Positions 1-9,007 of a stretch of 32,000 nt of DNA are shown one piece after another (the stretch's first letter is position 1; every line of letters begins with the position of its first letter). The stretch covers positions 30,001 through 62,000 of the forward strand of contig NQJD01000006.1 in the NCBI GenBank assembly GCA_004284765.1, written 5' to 3'. The notes beneath the pieces are model-generated. The model did no database searches and was not told the origin of the DNA. It saw nothing but the letters and a program-made list of their open reading frames with translations. Both the position numbers and the translations under genes were made by a program. Origin of the DNA: Candidatus Electronema aureum. Its GTDB lineage: Bacteria > Desulfobacterota > Desulfobulbia > Desulfobulbales > Desulfobulbaceae.

Positions 1-516
1 TTGCTCCTGCTTGATCACTGGATACGGATAGTTCCCGCCTTGCAGATCGATGATACGGAGGATGAAGCTGTTTTCCAGCGGATCTGCGCCTGACTTTTCC
101 TCAGCAGCCGTGTTCTTGTTGATGCCGTAGTAATCAACCCAGCTTGCACCTTGGCGTAGTTCCCACGTGAAACCGCTCAACCCGGCAGGCAGAAACTTGG
201 CGGCAAAAGGCGGCAAATCTTCCTGCTGAAGCGCGGCAACATCCAGCCATGCGCCGCTTTCCTCGCGCAGTTGAGTGATGGTGTCTGCTGCACCGAGCAA
301 GGAACGGTACAGCACAGGAGCCTGATTTCTCAGCTTGATATCCCGCATTTGGTAAATTTGAATGCCGTCTCCGACCGTCTCTGGCGCAACTTGGGCAACG
401 CGCAGACCCGCTATGACTAGGATACAGCAGATGGCAACGATTAACCCCAAGGCCTCACGGCCAGCGGCCAGCGGGGGAACAACGATTTCTTTTGCTGCTG
501 CAACGGAATTGCTCAT
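1..516 (-). CDS. hypothetical membrane-anchored protein, N-terminal 172 codons (ORF continues past window start)
   Basis: The minus-strand frame is open from the ATG (complement of 514-516) to base 1. It is absent from the supplied track only because no stop lies in the window. It begins MSNSVAAAKEIVVPPLAAGREALGLIVAICCILVIAGL, with one hydrophobic helix. No family recognised. Confidence 0.5.
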   Translation of the reverse strand, partial: MSNSVAAAKEIVVPPLAAGREALGLIVAICCILVIAGLRVAQVAPETVGDGIQIYQMRDIKLRNQAPVLYRSLLGAADTITQLREESGAWLDVAALQQEDLPPFAAKFLPAGLSGFTWELRQGASWVDYYGINKNTAAEEKSGADPLENSFILRIIDLQGGNYPYPVIKQEQ

Positions 517-677
517 ATCTTTCAATCACCCTACCAAAGATTCTATTGTCTCTCAGTGAAGTATTATTTTGATAGAAGACGTATCACTGTTTTCAGGATT
601 ACGCAACTTTTTTTTTGCGGCAAGTGGGAAAAAATTACTCAGGTAGCCAGTAGCGGGTTCGCTTTGAAAGGTTTAGG

Positions 678-695
678 ATAGGAGTTACGCAGTTG
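678..695 (+). repeat. solo copy of 18-bp motif ATAGGAGTTACGCAGTTG
   Basis: Identical to 9007-9024. Its 17-bp core TAGGAGTTACGCAGTTG also occurs inverted at 9091-9107. Lies about 90 bp upstream of the panB start. Confidence 0.6.
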
Positions 696-785
696 GCAAA
701 AATCAGCTAACATGGCAGGATGAGCGCACGGTGCGCCGTGACTATCCATCTGCTTGCCTCTTTTTGTGAAAAAATTTACTCCTGT

Positions 786-1622
786 ATGAATACAATAACC
801 GTTAAAGATTTTCGCGAGCGGAAAGGTGGTCAGCGGCTTTCCGTGCTTACCGCCTATGATGCGTCAATGGCCCGTTTGCTGGACAGCGCGGGTGCGGATG
901 CCCTGTTGGTCGGCGATTCGCTGGGCATGGTGGTTTTGGGCTATGATTCTACCTTGCCCGTGACGATGGAACAAATGCTGCACCATGCTGGTGCGGTCAG
1001 TCGAGGCACAACGCGGGCTTTAGTGCTTGCTGACATGCCCTTTGGCTCCTATCAGATAAGCGTGGAACAGGCCGTGGCTAATGGCGTGCGCTTCATCAAA
1101 GAAGCGGGCTGCGGGGCCGTTAAGCTGGAAGGTGGGGCAGAAGTCTGCGAGGCCGTGCAGGCACTGGTGCAGGCCGGAGTACCAGTCATGGGACATATCG
1201 GCCTGACTCCACAAACTGCTGGACAGTTAGGCGGCTACAAGGTGCAGGGCAAGAATATAGCAGCGGCGCGGAAGTTGCTCGCTGATGCGAAGGCTTTGGC
1301 AGCTGCTGGAGTATTCAGCATAGTTTTGGAAGCGGTTCCTGCTCATTTGTCTGAGATCATCACTCAATCAGTAGCTGTGCCGACCATTGGCATCGGAGCT
1401 GGACCCGGTTGCGATGGCCAAGTGTTAGTGACCAATGATCTGCTTGGCCTGTTTGAGAAATTCACACCGAAATTCGTCAAGCAATATGCCAACCTTGCGC
1501 CAGTGATTCAAGAGGCTGTGCGAAACTTCCTCAGCGAAGTGGAGAAGGGTACCTTTCCTGGTCCAGAACACAGTTTTGGTGGCGGTGAGGATTTCATCAG
1601 CAATCTGCTGGAGGAAAGCTGA
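786..1622 (+). CDS. panB: 3-methyl-2-oxobutanoate hydroxymethyltransferase (ketopantoate hydroxymethyltransferase)
   Basis: Track ORF 720-1622. The internal ATG at 786 gives MNTITVKDFRERK... The segments LTAYDA, LVGDSLGMVVLGY, ADMPFGSYQ and GHIGLTPQ are typical of PanB. Confidence 0.9.
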   Translation: MNTITVKDFRERKGGQRLSVLTAYDASMARLLDSAGADALLVGDSLGMVVLGYDSTLPVTMEQMLHHAGAVSRGTTRALVLADMPFGSYQISVEQAVANGVRFIKEAGCGAVKLEGGAEVCEAVQALVQAGVPVMGHIGLTPQTAGQLGGYKVQGKNIAAARKLLADAKALAAAGVFSIVLEAVPAHLSEIITQSVAVPTIGIGAGPGCDGQVLVTNDLLGLFEKFTPKFVKQYANLAPVIQEAVRNFLSEVEKGTFPGPEHSFGGGEDFISNLLEES

Positions 1623-1687
1623 CCTTCCCCGCTGCACCTGCTGCTTGTTTCCTTGACGGAAGCGGACGGGTGGTATAAAAAAAGCGG

Positions 1688-2575
1688 ATGACGGATAAAA
1701 AGATACATCTGCCAGTGCTGCCCAGAGAAGTAATAGACTGGCTGCGGCCACACGCCAAGGGCATTTATGTTGATGGTACTCTCGGCCTTGGTGGGCATAC
1801 TGAGCTGATTCTGCAAAATTCTGGTACAGACGGCAGAGTTTTTGGCTTTGAATGGGATGCCCAAGCCGCGCAGTTAGCAGCGGAGCGATTAGCAGGCTTC
1901 GGCGAAAGATTTCACCTGATTCCAGCTTCCTACGCGGAAATGCTCGCTCAGTGCCAAGCGCAGGGAGCAGAGCAGATAGACGGTATTTTGCTCGATCTCG
2001 GTGTGTCCTCTCTTCAGTTCGACAGCCCGGAACGCGGCTTCAGTTTCCAGAGCGATGCACCGCTCGATATGCGGATGAACCGTAGCCAGCCAATTACAGC
2101 AGCGGAGCTGATCAACCGCCTTAGTCAAGATGAGTTGGCCGATGTTTTCTACAATTACGGCGAGGAGCGGCAAGCCCGCCGTATCGCCCGTTTTATCGTT
2201 GAGGCCCGTCTTGTTCAGCCGGTGAACACCACCCGCCAATTAGCCGAGATCGTGCGGCAGGCTATTCCGTTTAAATATCAGCCTAAAAAGATTCATCCAG
2301 CCACTTTGGTTTTCCAAGCACTCCGCATTGCGGTGAATCGGGAATTAGATAACCTTGCCAAGGTACTTGCCGAGGCTCCAAGCTTGCTTACACCCGGCGG
2401 TAGAATCTGTATTATTACCTTTCATTCTCTCGAAGACCGCATGGTTAAGCAGGCTTTTGCTAAGAATGCTTCTTTGCACGTGCTGACCAAAAAGCCGGTG
2501 TTACCAAGCGAAGAGGAAATATACGCCAATCCCAGATCGCGCAGTGCGAAACTGCGGGTCGCAGAAAAATTGTGA
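1688..2575 (+). CDS. rsmH: 16S rRNA (cytosine1402-N4)-methyltransferase RsmH/MraW
   Basis: Contains HLPVLPREV, YVDGTLGLGGHTE, DLGVSSLQFD and FHSLEDRMVK. Sits at the head of a dcw-type gene order. Confidence 0.93.
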   Translation: MTDKKIHLPVLPREVIDWLRPHAKGIYVDGTLGLGGHTELILQNSGTDGRVFGFEWDAQAAQLAAERLAGFGERFHLIPASYAEMLAQCQAQGAEQIDGILLDLGVSSLQFDSPERGFSFQSDAPLDMRMNRSQPITAAELINRLSQDELADVFYNYGEERQARRIARFIVEARLVQPVNTTRQLAEIVRQAIPFKYQPKKIHPATLVFQALRIAVNRELDNLAKVLAEAPSLLTPGGRICIITFHSLEDRMVKQAFAKNASLHVLTKKPVLPSEEEIYANPRSRSAKLRVAEKL

Positions 2576-2585
2576 GGGAAGCGGC

Positions 2586-2987
2586 ATGGTGGTCGCAGGT
2601 AAAAAAGGGCAGAATACTCGGCGCGAGGTGCGCATCCGCATCTCCAGACCAATCAGTACCTCGTTGTCTGCAAACACGGTTACGGCAGCGCAGTCCCACA
2701 GCAGCCGAGAGCACATCTCCAACGACTTTTTGCGGCTGCTGACTCGATTATTGCTGACAGCGGGTATTATTGTGCTGGTCTTGAGCCAATTGCTGCACTG
2801 GCGGATCAGCAAGGAGAGAGCAGAATTAGAACGGGTAGCAACAATCAATGTTGATGTGCGCCAAAAACATGCCAAACTGACCACTCAGCGGGACGAATTG
2901 GCATCTAAGCCGCGCATTGTCGCCTCTGCCGCTGCCAAATTAGGCTTACATCTCCCGACTAAAGAGCAGGAACATCAGCTCGATTGA
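2586..2987 (+). CDS. ftsL: FtsL-like cell division protein
   Basis: Small ORF between rsmH and the PBP gene. It has a basic N-terminus, a single TM (LLTRLLLTAGIIVLVLSQLL), then a charged coiled-coil-like stretch and ...AAAKLGLHLP. Start chosen at ATG 2586; the track ORF from 2544 would overlap rsmH. Confidence 0.6.
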   Translation: MVVAGKKGQNTRREVRIRISRPISTSLSANTVTAAQSHSSREHISNDFLRLLTRLLLTAGIIVLVLSQLLHWRISKERAELERVATINVDVRQKHAKLTTQRDELASKPRIVASAAAKLGLHLPTKEQEHQLD

Positions 2988-5002
2988 CTCAAGCAGCCAT
3001 GCGCAGACCGAGCAAAGCCAACAGTCCACCTGTGACAACGGTCAAAACCGTCCGGCAGCAGCACGAAGACCAGCAGCGCAGACGGCGACATCGCCTCTGT
3101 CTGCTGCTCGTCCTTCTAATGGCAGCGGGCGGTGGGTGGCTTTTGCGTCGCTATCTGCCTGTTCCGCTCTGGAGCAGCCACCCGCAGATTCAGCAGGAGA
3201 CTGAAACTGTCCAGCCACCGTCCACTACTCCCTTACCTGTTTTACGCGGTGCTATCTATGATCGTCACGTAGAGGAGATGGCTGTCTCGTATCAGCTGTA
3301 TTCTCTCCAAGCGCATCCAGCGGAATTGATCGATCGACAGGAAGCCGCGACGCAGTTAGCTCGAATCATCGGCATGGATGCGGAAGCGATCCTCCAAGGG
3401 CTTCAAAGTAAGGAACCGGTGACAGAGTTAGCTGTCGGCCTTGATGCCCGCCAAGCCGTAGAAGCTGAAGCTCTCCAGTTGCCCGGTATTTCGTGCATAC
3501 CAATCGAAGTGCGCTATTATCCTAATCATGCGGCGGCTGGTCGTTTGCTCGGTTTTGTCAGCGAGGGTGTCGGACTCAGCGGTGCAGAGGCATTGTATGA
3601 CGGGCTGCTCCAGCCGGGTGCGTTTCGACCTGCTGAAGCAACGGGCGTGGATTTTGCCGGGCAGACTAATCTGGGGCCACAGGCAGCTGATCTGCTGCTA
3701 ACCCTTGATCTCAAGCTGCAAAAGCGGTTAGAGCAAGAGTTAGAGGACTGGCGGCGGCGAAAAGGCGCAGCTTCTGGCTCTGCCATTGTCCTTGATCCTG
3801 AAACTGGGCGACTCCTTGCTACTGTCCGGCAGCCCAGCTTTGATCCTAATTACTTTTGGCAGACCGGTGGGCAAGCCTTACCTAAGGACGACGGCCCGCT
3901 CTTTCCCGCTGAGTTCTTTGCGGAACTGCTCGAACCTCTGCTGACGGAAGTGGCAATAGTGCAGGAGGCCGGTCTCAGCAGCAACGAATTGCCTGCGACG
4001 GTTAGCGCGCCTCATTCCGATCTCAGCCAAGAGCAGCGCGCCCACAGTTGGCAGGAGTTTGGCTTTGATCAGCCTGCACAGGATATGCTGCCTCTTGATC
4101 CCAAACAACAGCCTATGCCAGAGGAAAGTGCCGCGCGTGACGGCAGACTGAGTGTAGCAGATATTGCGGTCGGCACAGCCAGCGTACTCAACAGCGGCAA
4201 AAGGATTGTGCCTTGGTTCCTCAAAGCGGTATATGACCCTGATCGGCAGCAGTTCTTCAGCCGCGATCTCAGCAGTGTTGCACCGAAACGGCTGATCCCG
4301 CCTGCTGCTGGGGTGCAGTTGCGCCGTCAGTTGCTTCATGAATCCGCTTGGAGCAGCAAGGAAGGCTTTCTTTTTGTCAACAGTACGGCGGCGATGGTGT
4401 TTAAAAATGGCCTGAGCGAGCATCATCTCCAAGATATTTTGATCGCTGCTGCGTCGCAAGAACTGCCCCGTATTTTGCTGGTCATGGCGATTGATTACGG
4501 CTCGCTGTACCCGCAGCCGCCTGATATCGATCCAACTCAAGATCGGGAACTGTTGGCCGAGCTGGGCCACCGCTTGCTGCCTATTTTGGCCAAATATACA
4601 GCAGAGGATGCGTTATCAGATAAACCACCCGGAACAAAAAACGAGGCTAACTTGCGCCGATTTCTTCTTAGTCGGCGGCTCAACCGACACTCTGCCGAGG
4701 AAAAAAGCTACGAAGATACACCGCAGGTCATGCCTGATCTGATCGGTCTGAGTCTGCGCCAAGGCCTGCGTCGTCTCAATCCGCATAAGCTGCGGGTGCA
4801 GATCAAGGGCAGCGGTAAAATTAAGGCTCAGAAACCAGCGGCCAATGCCTCTTTAGTCAAAATTGACACGTGCGAACTCACCCTTGAACCGCCTTTTCAA
4901 CATGATACATCTGCACCAGTTGCTGCAAAGCCTACCCGCCGCATTGTCGATAAAAATACTCCACGGTCAGCCGAACGGCGAGATCAGCCGAATCACCCCT
5001 GA
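2984..5002 (+). CDS. ftsI: FtsI/PBP3-like class B penicillin-binding protein homologue (TM anchor, PBP dimerisation domain, transpeptidase-like region with degenerate motifs, C-terminal PASTA-like domain)
   Basis: Position in the dcw order. Has an N-terminal TM (LCLLLVLLMAAGGGWLL), RGAIYDRH...YPNHAAAGRLLGFV, and AIVLDPETGRLLATVRQPSFDPNYF. The C-terminal MPDLIGLSLRQGLRRLNPHKLRVQIKGSGKIKAQKPAANASLVKIDTCELTLEP is PASTA-like. TTG at 2984 or ATG at 2999 as start. Confidence 0.75.
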   Translation: MTQAAMRRPSKANSPPVTTVKTVRQQHEDQQRRRRHRLCLLLVLLMAAGGGWLLRRYLPVPLWSSHPQIQQETETVQPPSTTPLPVLRGAIYDRHVEEMAVSYQLYSLQAHPAELIDRQEAATQLARIIGMDAEAILQGLQSKEPVTELAVGLDARQAVEAEALQLPGISCIPIEVRYYPNHAAAGRLLGFVSEGVGLSGAEALYDGLLQPGAFRPAEATGVDFAGQTNLGPQAADLLLTLDLKLQKRLEQELEDWRRRKGAASGSAIVLDPETGRLLATVRQPSFDPNYFWQTGGQALPKDDGPLFPAEFFAELLEPLLTEVAIVQEAGLSSNELPATVSAPHSDLSQEQRAHSWQEFGFDQPAQDMLPLDPKQQPMPEESAARDGRLSVADIAVGTASVLNSGKRIVPWFLKAVYDPDRQQFFSRDLSSVAPKRLIPPAAGVQLRRQLLHESAWSSKEGFLFVNSTAAMVFKNGLSEHHLQDILIAAASQELPRILLVMAIDYGSLYPQPPDIDPTQDRELLAELGHRLLPILAKYTAEDALSDKPPGTKNEANLRRFLLSRRLNRHSAEEKSYEDTPQVMPDLIGLSLRQGLRRLNPHKLRVQIKGSGKIKAQKPAANASLVKIDTCELTLEPPFQHDTSAPVAAKPTRRIVDKNTPRSAERRDQPNHP

Positions 5003-7916
5003 TTCCCGCGAGGCCGGGCCGGGCTGCGTCTTTGTCGCGGTCAAAGGCGGCAAGGTCGACGGCCATAGCTTCATTCCGCACGTCATCGCTCAAGGCTGCC
5101 GCTGCGTGGTGGTTGAAGATGATACCGGCCTGATAGACGGCGCGGTTGTTGTGGTGCAGGTCAGCGACAGCCGCGCCGCCTTGGGCTGGCTGGCCGCCGC
5201 GCTGCACGATTTTCCAGCGCAAGACATGTGTCTGATCGGTCTGACCGGAACCAACGGCAAGACCACGATTTCCTGGCTGATTGAGCAGATGCTTCAGCAG
5301 AGCGGCTGCCGGGTCGGCGTGATTGGCACAGTGAACAGCCGCTGGCCGGATTCTTCCGGCAAACTGATCGCCGAACCTGCCAAGCTGACCACGCCCGGCC
5401 CGGTCGAGCTGCAAGCCACGCTGCGGGCGATGGCCGACGCAGGCGTGACGCACGTGGTCATGGAGACCTCCTCGCACGCCCTTCAGCAAAGACGGCTGGC
5501 CGGGCTGCGTTTTGATCTCGGCCTCTTCACCAATCTCACCCGCGACCACCTCGATTTTCATGGCACGATGGAGGCCTATTTCGTCGCCAAAAAGCTGCTT
5601 TTCACCCGCTGTCTCAAGGAGAAGAACGGCAAGGCGGTGATTGTCGCTGATTCTGATTGGAGCCAGCAGCTTTGCCGTGAATTGGCGGCGGAGCTGCCCG
5701 CGCTGCCGCAATTCACTTGCGGTCTTGCTGCCGATTGCACGGTTTCCGCCGCTGATTTGCAGCAGGACATCCGAGGTTTTTCCTGTACTCTCAGCTTGAA
5801 CGGTCAGACGTTTCCTTTCTCTTCCCGTTTGACCGGGCGGCACAATGTGCTGAATATCCTCGCCGCCGCCGGAGCTGGACTGGCTTTGGGCTTGGAGCCA
5901 GAACAAATTATTTCTGGTTTATCACAGGATAGGCAGGTGCCGGGCCGCTTGGAGCGGGTGCGGCTGCCGGGCTTGTCTGAGGAAATGCAGCCAGTTGTTT
6001 TGGTGGATTATGCGCATAGCCCGGATGCCCTTGAAAATGTGCTGCAAACGCTGCGTCCGTTGGCTGCCGGGCGGCTGTTCTGCGTTTTCGGCTGCGGCGG
6101 CGACCGCGACAAAGGCAAGCGGCCTCAGATGGGCGCAATTGCAGCGCAATATGCTGATTTGAGCATCGTCACTTCGGACAATCCCCGTTCAGAAGACCCG
6201 GAGACGATCATCCGCGAGGTTGCGGCGGGCTGCCGGGCCGCATGTCTGGCCGAACTTGCACCGGAGGAGCTGTCTGCCGGGCCAGAGAAGGGCTTCATCT
6301 GCATTACTGACCGCCGAACCGCTGTGCAGACGGCCTGCGCTCTGGCCGGGCCGCAGGACATCGTGCTGCTGGCGGGCAAGGGGCATGAGGATTATCAGAT
6401 CATCGGCGCGGAGCGGCATTTCTTTGATGACCGGATTGAGGCGGTCAACGGCCTGCTGCGCTGGAATATGCGGCATTTGCTTGCGGCGACGGGAGGCGCG
6501 GTCGCAGGGCAGGTACGGGGGCCTGCCTCTACGTTTGGCAAAATTTCCACTGACACGCGCAGCCTTGCGCCGGGAGATGTCTTTATCGCTTTGGCCGGAG
6601 AGAAATTCGACGGCCACGATTATGTGCATACAGCGGCAGCAGCCGGAGCCGCTGCGGTGATTGTTCATAGAGAAGCACCGGTTCCTGCCGATGTGCTGCT
6701 TGTTCAAGTAGAGGATACTCTGCAAGCCTTGCTTGATCTGGCCGCGTATCGCCGCAGGCTGCTGGGAAAAAATTTGACTGTGGCTGCAATCACCGGCAGC
6801 TGCGGCAAGACCACAGTCAAGGAACTGGTCGCGGCGATTTTCAGCCGCCATTTTGCCGAGACGAAAACCGGCATCAATCCGGTGCTGAAAACACAGGGCA
6901 ATTTCAACAATCTGGTCGGAATGCCGCTCTCGCTGCTGCCGGTTGCGGCGGGCCATCGGGCGGCGGTGCTGGAGATGGGCATGAATCATCCCGGTGAAAT
7001 TGCCCGGTTAGTCGCGTCAGCGCAGCCGGACATCGCCTGCATCACCAACGTCCAAGCCGCGCATCTGGAAGGCTTAGGCAGCATTGAGGGCGTGGCTCAA
7101 GCGAAAGGCGAGCTGTTCGCGGGTATGCGACCAGACACAGTCAGTGTGATCAATCTTGATGATCCGCAGGTGCGCAAGCTGCCGACGAATTCAGCACGAA
7201 TCATTGGCTTTGCGGTCACACCGGAAGGAATCAACCTCAAGCCGGAAGTCAGCGCAATGAGCATTGCTGATCTGGGTGAAAAGGGAATGCGCTTCACCCT
7301 GTGCATCGGTAGCTGGGAGCAGGAGCTTGCGATTTCTCTGCCCGGCCTGCACAGCGTCAGCAACTGCTGCGCTGCCGCTGCGGTGGCTCATGCTGCTGGC
7401 ATTGCGCCGGAAACCATCGCCACCGCTCTTGCTGCCCAGCAGGGCGTGACTGACAAACGAATGCAGCTTGTCACCCTGCCTAATGGCGTTCATGTGCTCA
7501 ACGACTGCTACAACGCCAATCCCGGCTCAATGTCCGCAGCTTTGAAGACTCTGCGCGGGTTCGGCAAAGACTGCAAACATATTGCTTTGCTCGGCGACAT
7601 GCTGGAGCTGGGCGCATCTTCAGCCGAGGCGCATGAGAAGATTGGCCGTGAAGCGGCGGAATTGGGCTATGATTTGCTGGCTATAGTTGGCAACTTTGCG
7701 GCTCACGTTGCGCAAGGAGCGCGGCAGGCAGGCATGGCTGCGGACAAAATTCATCTTTTTGCCGACACCGGCGCGATGGCCGCTTGGCTGCTTGGCGAAA
7801 TTGACAAAAAACAAATTACGGCAGGCGACTGGCTCCTGCTCAAAGGCTCGCGGGGAATGCGGATGGAAAAGGTGCTGGAGGCTATGCAAGCTCGGCTGAA
7901 CGGAGAGGCCCGCTGA
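4902..7916 (+). CDS. murE/murF: fused UDP-MurNAc-L-Ala-D-Glu:meso-DAP ligase (MurE) / UDP-MurNAc-tripeptide:D-Ala-D-Ala ligase (MurF)
   Basis: One uninterrupted ORF. The N-half has the MurE P-loop GLTGTNGKTT and TSDNPRSEDP (DNPR, the meso-DAP type motif). From about nt 6468 (WNMRHLLAATGG) it reads as MurF, with ITGSCGKTTVKE and NDCYNANPGS. Start set at ATG 4902 (MIHLHQLLQSL...); the track start TTG 4863 is an alternative. Confidence 0.9.
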   Translation: MIHLHQLLQSLPAALSIKILHGQPNGEISRITPDSREAGPGCVFVAVKGGKVDGHSFIPHVIAQGCRCVVVEDDTGLIDGAVVVVQVSDSRAALGWLAAALHDFPAQDMCLIGLTGTNGKTTISWLIEQMLQQSGCRVGVIGTVNSRWPDSSGKLIAEPAKLTTPGPVELQATLRAMADAGVTHVVMETSSHALQQRRLAGLRFDLGLFTNLTRDHLDFHGTMEAYFVAKKLLFTRCLKEKNGKAVIVADSDWSQQLCRELAAELPALPQFTCGLAADCTVSAADLQQDIRGFSCTLSLNGQTFPFSSRLTGRHNVLNILAAAGAGLALGLEPEQIISGLSQDRQVPGRLERVRLPGLSEEMQPVVLVDYAHSPDALENVLQTLRPLAAGRLFCVFGCGGDRDKGKRPQMGAIAAQYADLSIVTSDNPRSEDPETIIREVAAGCRAACLAELAPEELSAGPEKGFICITDRRTAVQTACALAGPQDIVLLAGKGHEDYQIIGAERHFFDDRIEAVNGLLRWNMRHLLAATGGAVAGQVRGPASTFGKISTDTRSLAPGDVFIALAGEKFDGHDYVHTAAAAGAAAVIVHREAPVPADVLLVQVEDTLQALLDLAAYRRRLLGKNLTVAAITGSCGKTTVKELVAAIFSRHFAETKTGINPVLKTQGNFNNLVGMPLSLLPVAAGHRAAVLEMGMNHPGEIARLVASAQPDIACITNVQAAHLEGLGSIEGVAQAKGELFAGMRPDTVSVINLDDPQVRKLPTNSARIIGFAVTPEGINLKPEVSAMSIADLGEKGMRFTLCIGSWEQELAISLPGLHSVSNCCAAAAVAHAAGIAPETIATALAAQQGVTDKRMQLVTLPNGVHVLNDCYNANPGSMSAALKTLRGFGKDCKHIALLGDMLELGASSAEAHEKIGREAAELGYDLLAIVGNFAAHVAQGARQAGMAADKIHLFADTGAMAAWLLGEIDKKQITAGDWLLLKGSRGMRMEKVLEAMQARLNGEAR

Positions 7917-8995
7917 TGTTTTACAATCTGATCTACCCGCTGCACGAATATTTCAGTGCGCTCAACGTCTTCCGCTACGTGACCTTCCGCTCCATCGGCA
8001 GCGCGCTCACCGCCTTTCTCATTCTTTTCCTCTTTGAACCGGCCTTCATCCGCTGGCTGAAGCGGCAGCGAATTGGTCAAGTGGTGCGTGATGACGGCCC
8101 AGAAAGCCATTTCAGCAAGCGCGGCGTGCCGACAATGGGCGGCCTGCTGATCCTCGTCGCCATCGCTGTCGCCACGCTGCTCTGGGCCAATCTGCTCAAC
8201 GGCTTGGTTTGGGTCTGCCTGCTGCTGACATTGTTCTACGGACTGATCGGCTCAGTGGATGATTGGCGCAAGATAACAAAGAGCAGCAGCAAGGGGCTGT
8301 CGGCACGCGGCAAGCTGCTGCTGCAAATCCTCGGCGGCCTGATGGTCGGCCTGTATTTGCATCTGCATCCGGCATACGATGGCGGCCTGAGTCTGCCTTT
8401 CCTCAAGGGCGTGCGACCTGATCTCGGCTGGTGGTATCTTCCTTTGGCTGTGGCCGTGATTGTCGGCGCGTCGAACGCGGTCAATCTCACTGACGGACTG
8501 GACGGCCTCGCCGCCGGGCCGGTGATGATTTCCTCCTCAATTTATCTGATTTTCTCCTACGTGGTCGGCAATGCTGCTTTGGCGCATTATCTCCAAATTC
8601 CGCATGTGGCGGGTGCGGATGAGGTGGCCGTCTTCTGCGCGGCAGTGGCTGGAGCCTGCCTTGGCTTTCTTTGGTACAACGCCTATCCGGCGCAGGTTTT
8701 CATGGGCGATGTCGGCTCATTAGCCTTGGGCGGCGCGTTGGGCACGGTGGCGATCATCATCAAGCAGGAAATCCTGCTAGCCATTGTCGGCGGAATTTTC
8801 GTCATGGAAGCCCTGTCAGTGATCATGCAGGTAGCCTATTTCAAAGCCAGCGGCGGCAGGCGCATCTTCCTTATGTCGCCGTTTCATCATCACTTCGAGA
8901 AGAAGGGCTGGACAGAACCCAAGGTGGTGGTGCGCTTCTGGATTATTTCGATCATCCTTGGCTTGATGGCTTTGGCGACGTTGAAGTTGAGGTGA
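7916..8995 (+). CDS. mraY: phospho-N-acetylmuramoyl-pentapeptide transferase
   Basis: Contains MFYNLIYPL..., VDDWRKI, NAVNLTDGLDGLA, MGDVGSLALGG and SPFHHHFE. The ATG overlaps the murF stop (TGATG at 7914-7918). Confidence 0.95.
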   Translation: MFYNLIYPLHEYFSALNVFRYVTFRSIGSALTAFLILFLFEPAFIRWLKRQRIGQVVRDDGPESHFSKRGVPTMGGLLILVAIAVATLLWANLLNGLVWVCLLLTLFYGLIGSVDDWRKITKSSSKGLSARGKLLLQILGGLMVGLYLHLHPAYDGGLSLPFLKGVRPDLGWWYLPLAVAVIVGASNAVNLTDGLDGLAAGPVMISSSIYLIFSYVVGNAALAHYLQIPHVAGADEVAVFCAAVAGACLGFLWYNAYPAQVFMGDVGSLALGGALGTVAIIIKQEILLAIVGGIFVMEALSVIMQVAYFKASGGRRIFLMSPFHHHFEKKGWTEPKVVVRFWIISIILGLMALATLKLR

Positions 8996-9007
8996 ATGAG
9001 AAAAGAA

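Noticed and set aside
362-559. 65-aa plus-strand ORF in the track
   Set aside because: It lies antisense inside the longer minus-strand ORF 1-516 and has a low-complexity, family-less translation. Most likely a shadow ORF.
595-612. AGGATTACGCAAC as a fourth, degenerate copy of the AGGAGTTACGCAG repeat
   Set aside because: It needs an indel and mismatches over only ~13 bp, so I cannot distinguish it from chance.
3878-6989. Long minus-strand ORFs (3878-4570, 4932-5906, 6189-6989) antisense to ftsI-like and murE-murF
   Set aside because: The translations are Arg/Ala/Gly-rich nonsense typical of antisense frames in GC-rich coding DNA, and the sense strand carries unmistakable Mur ligase and PBP motifs.
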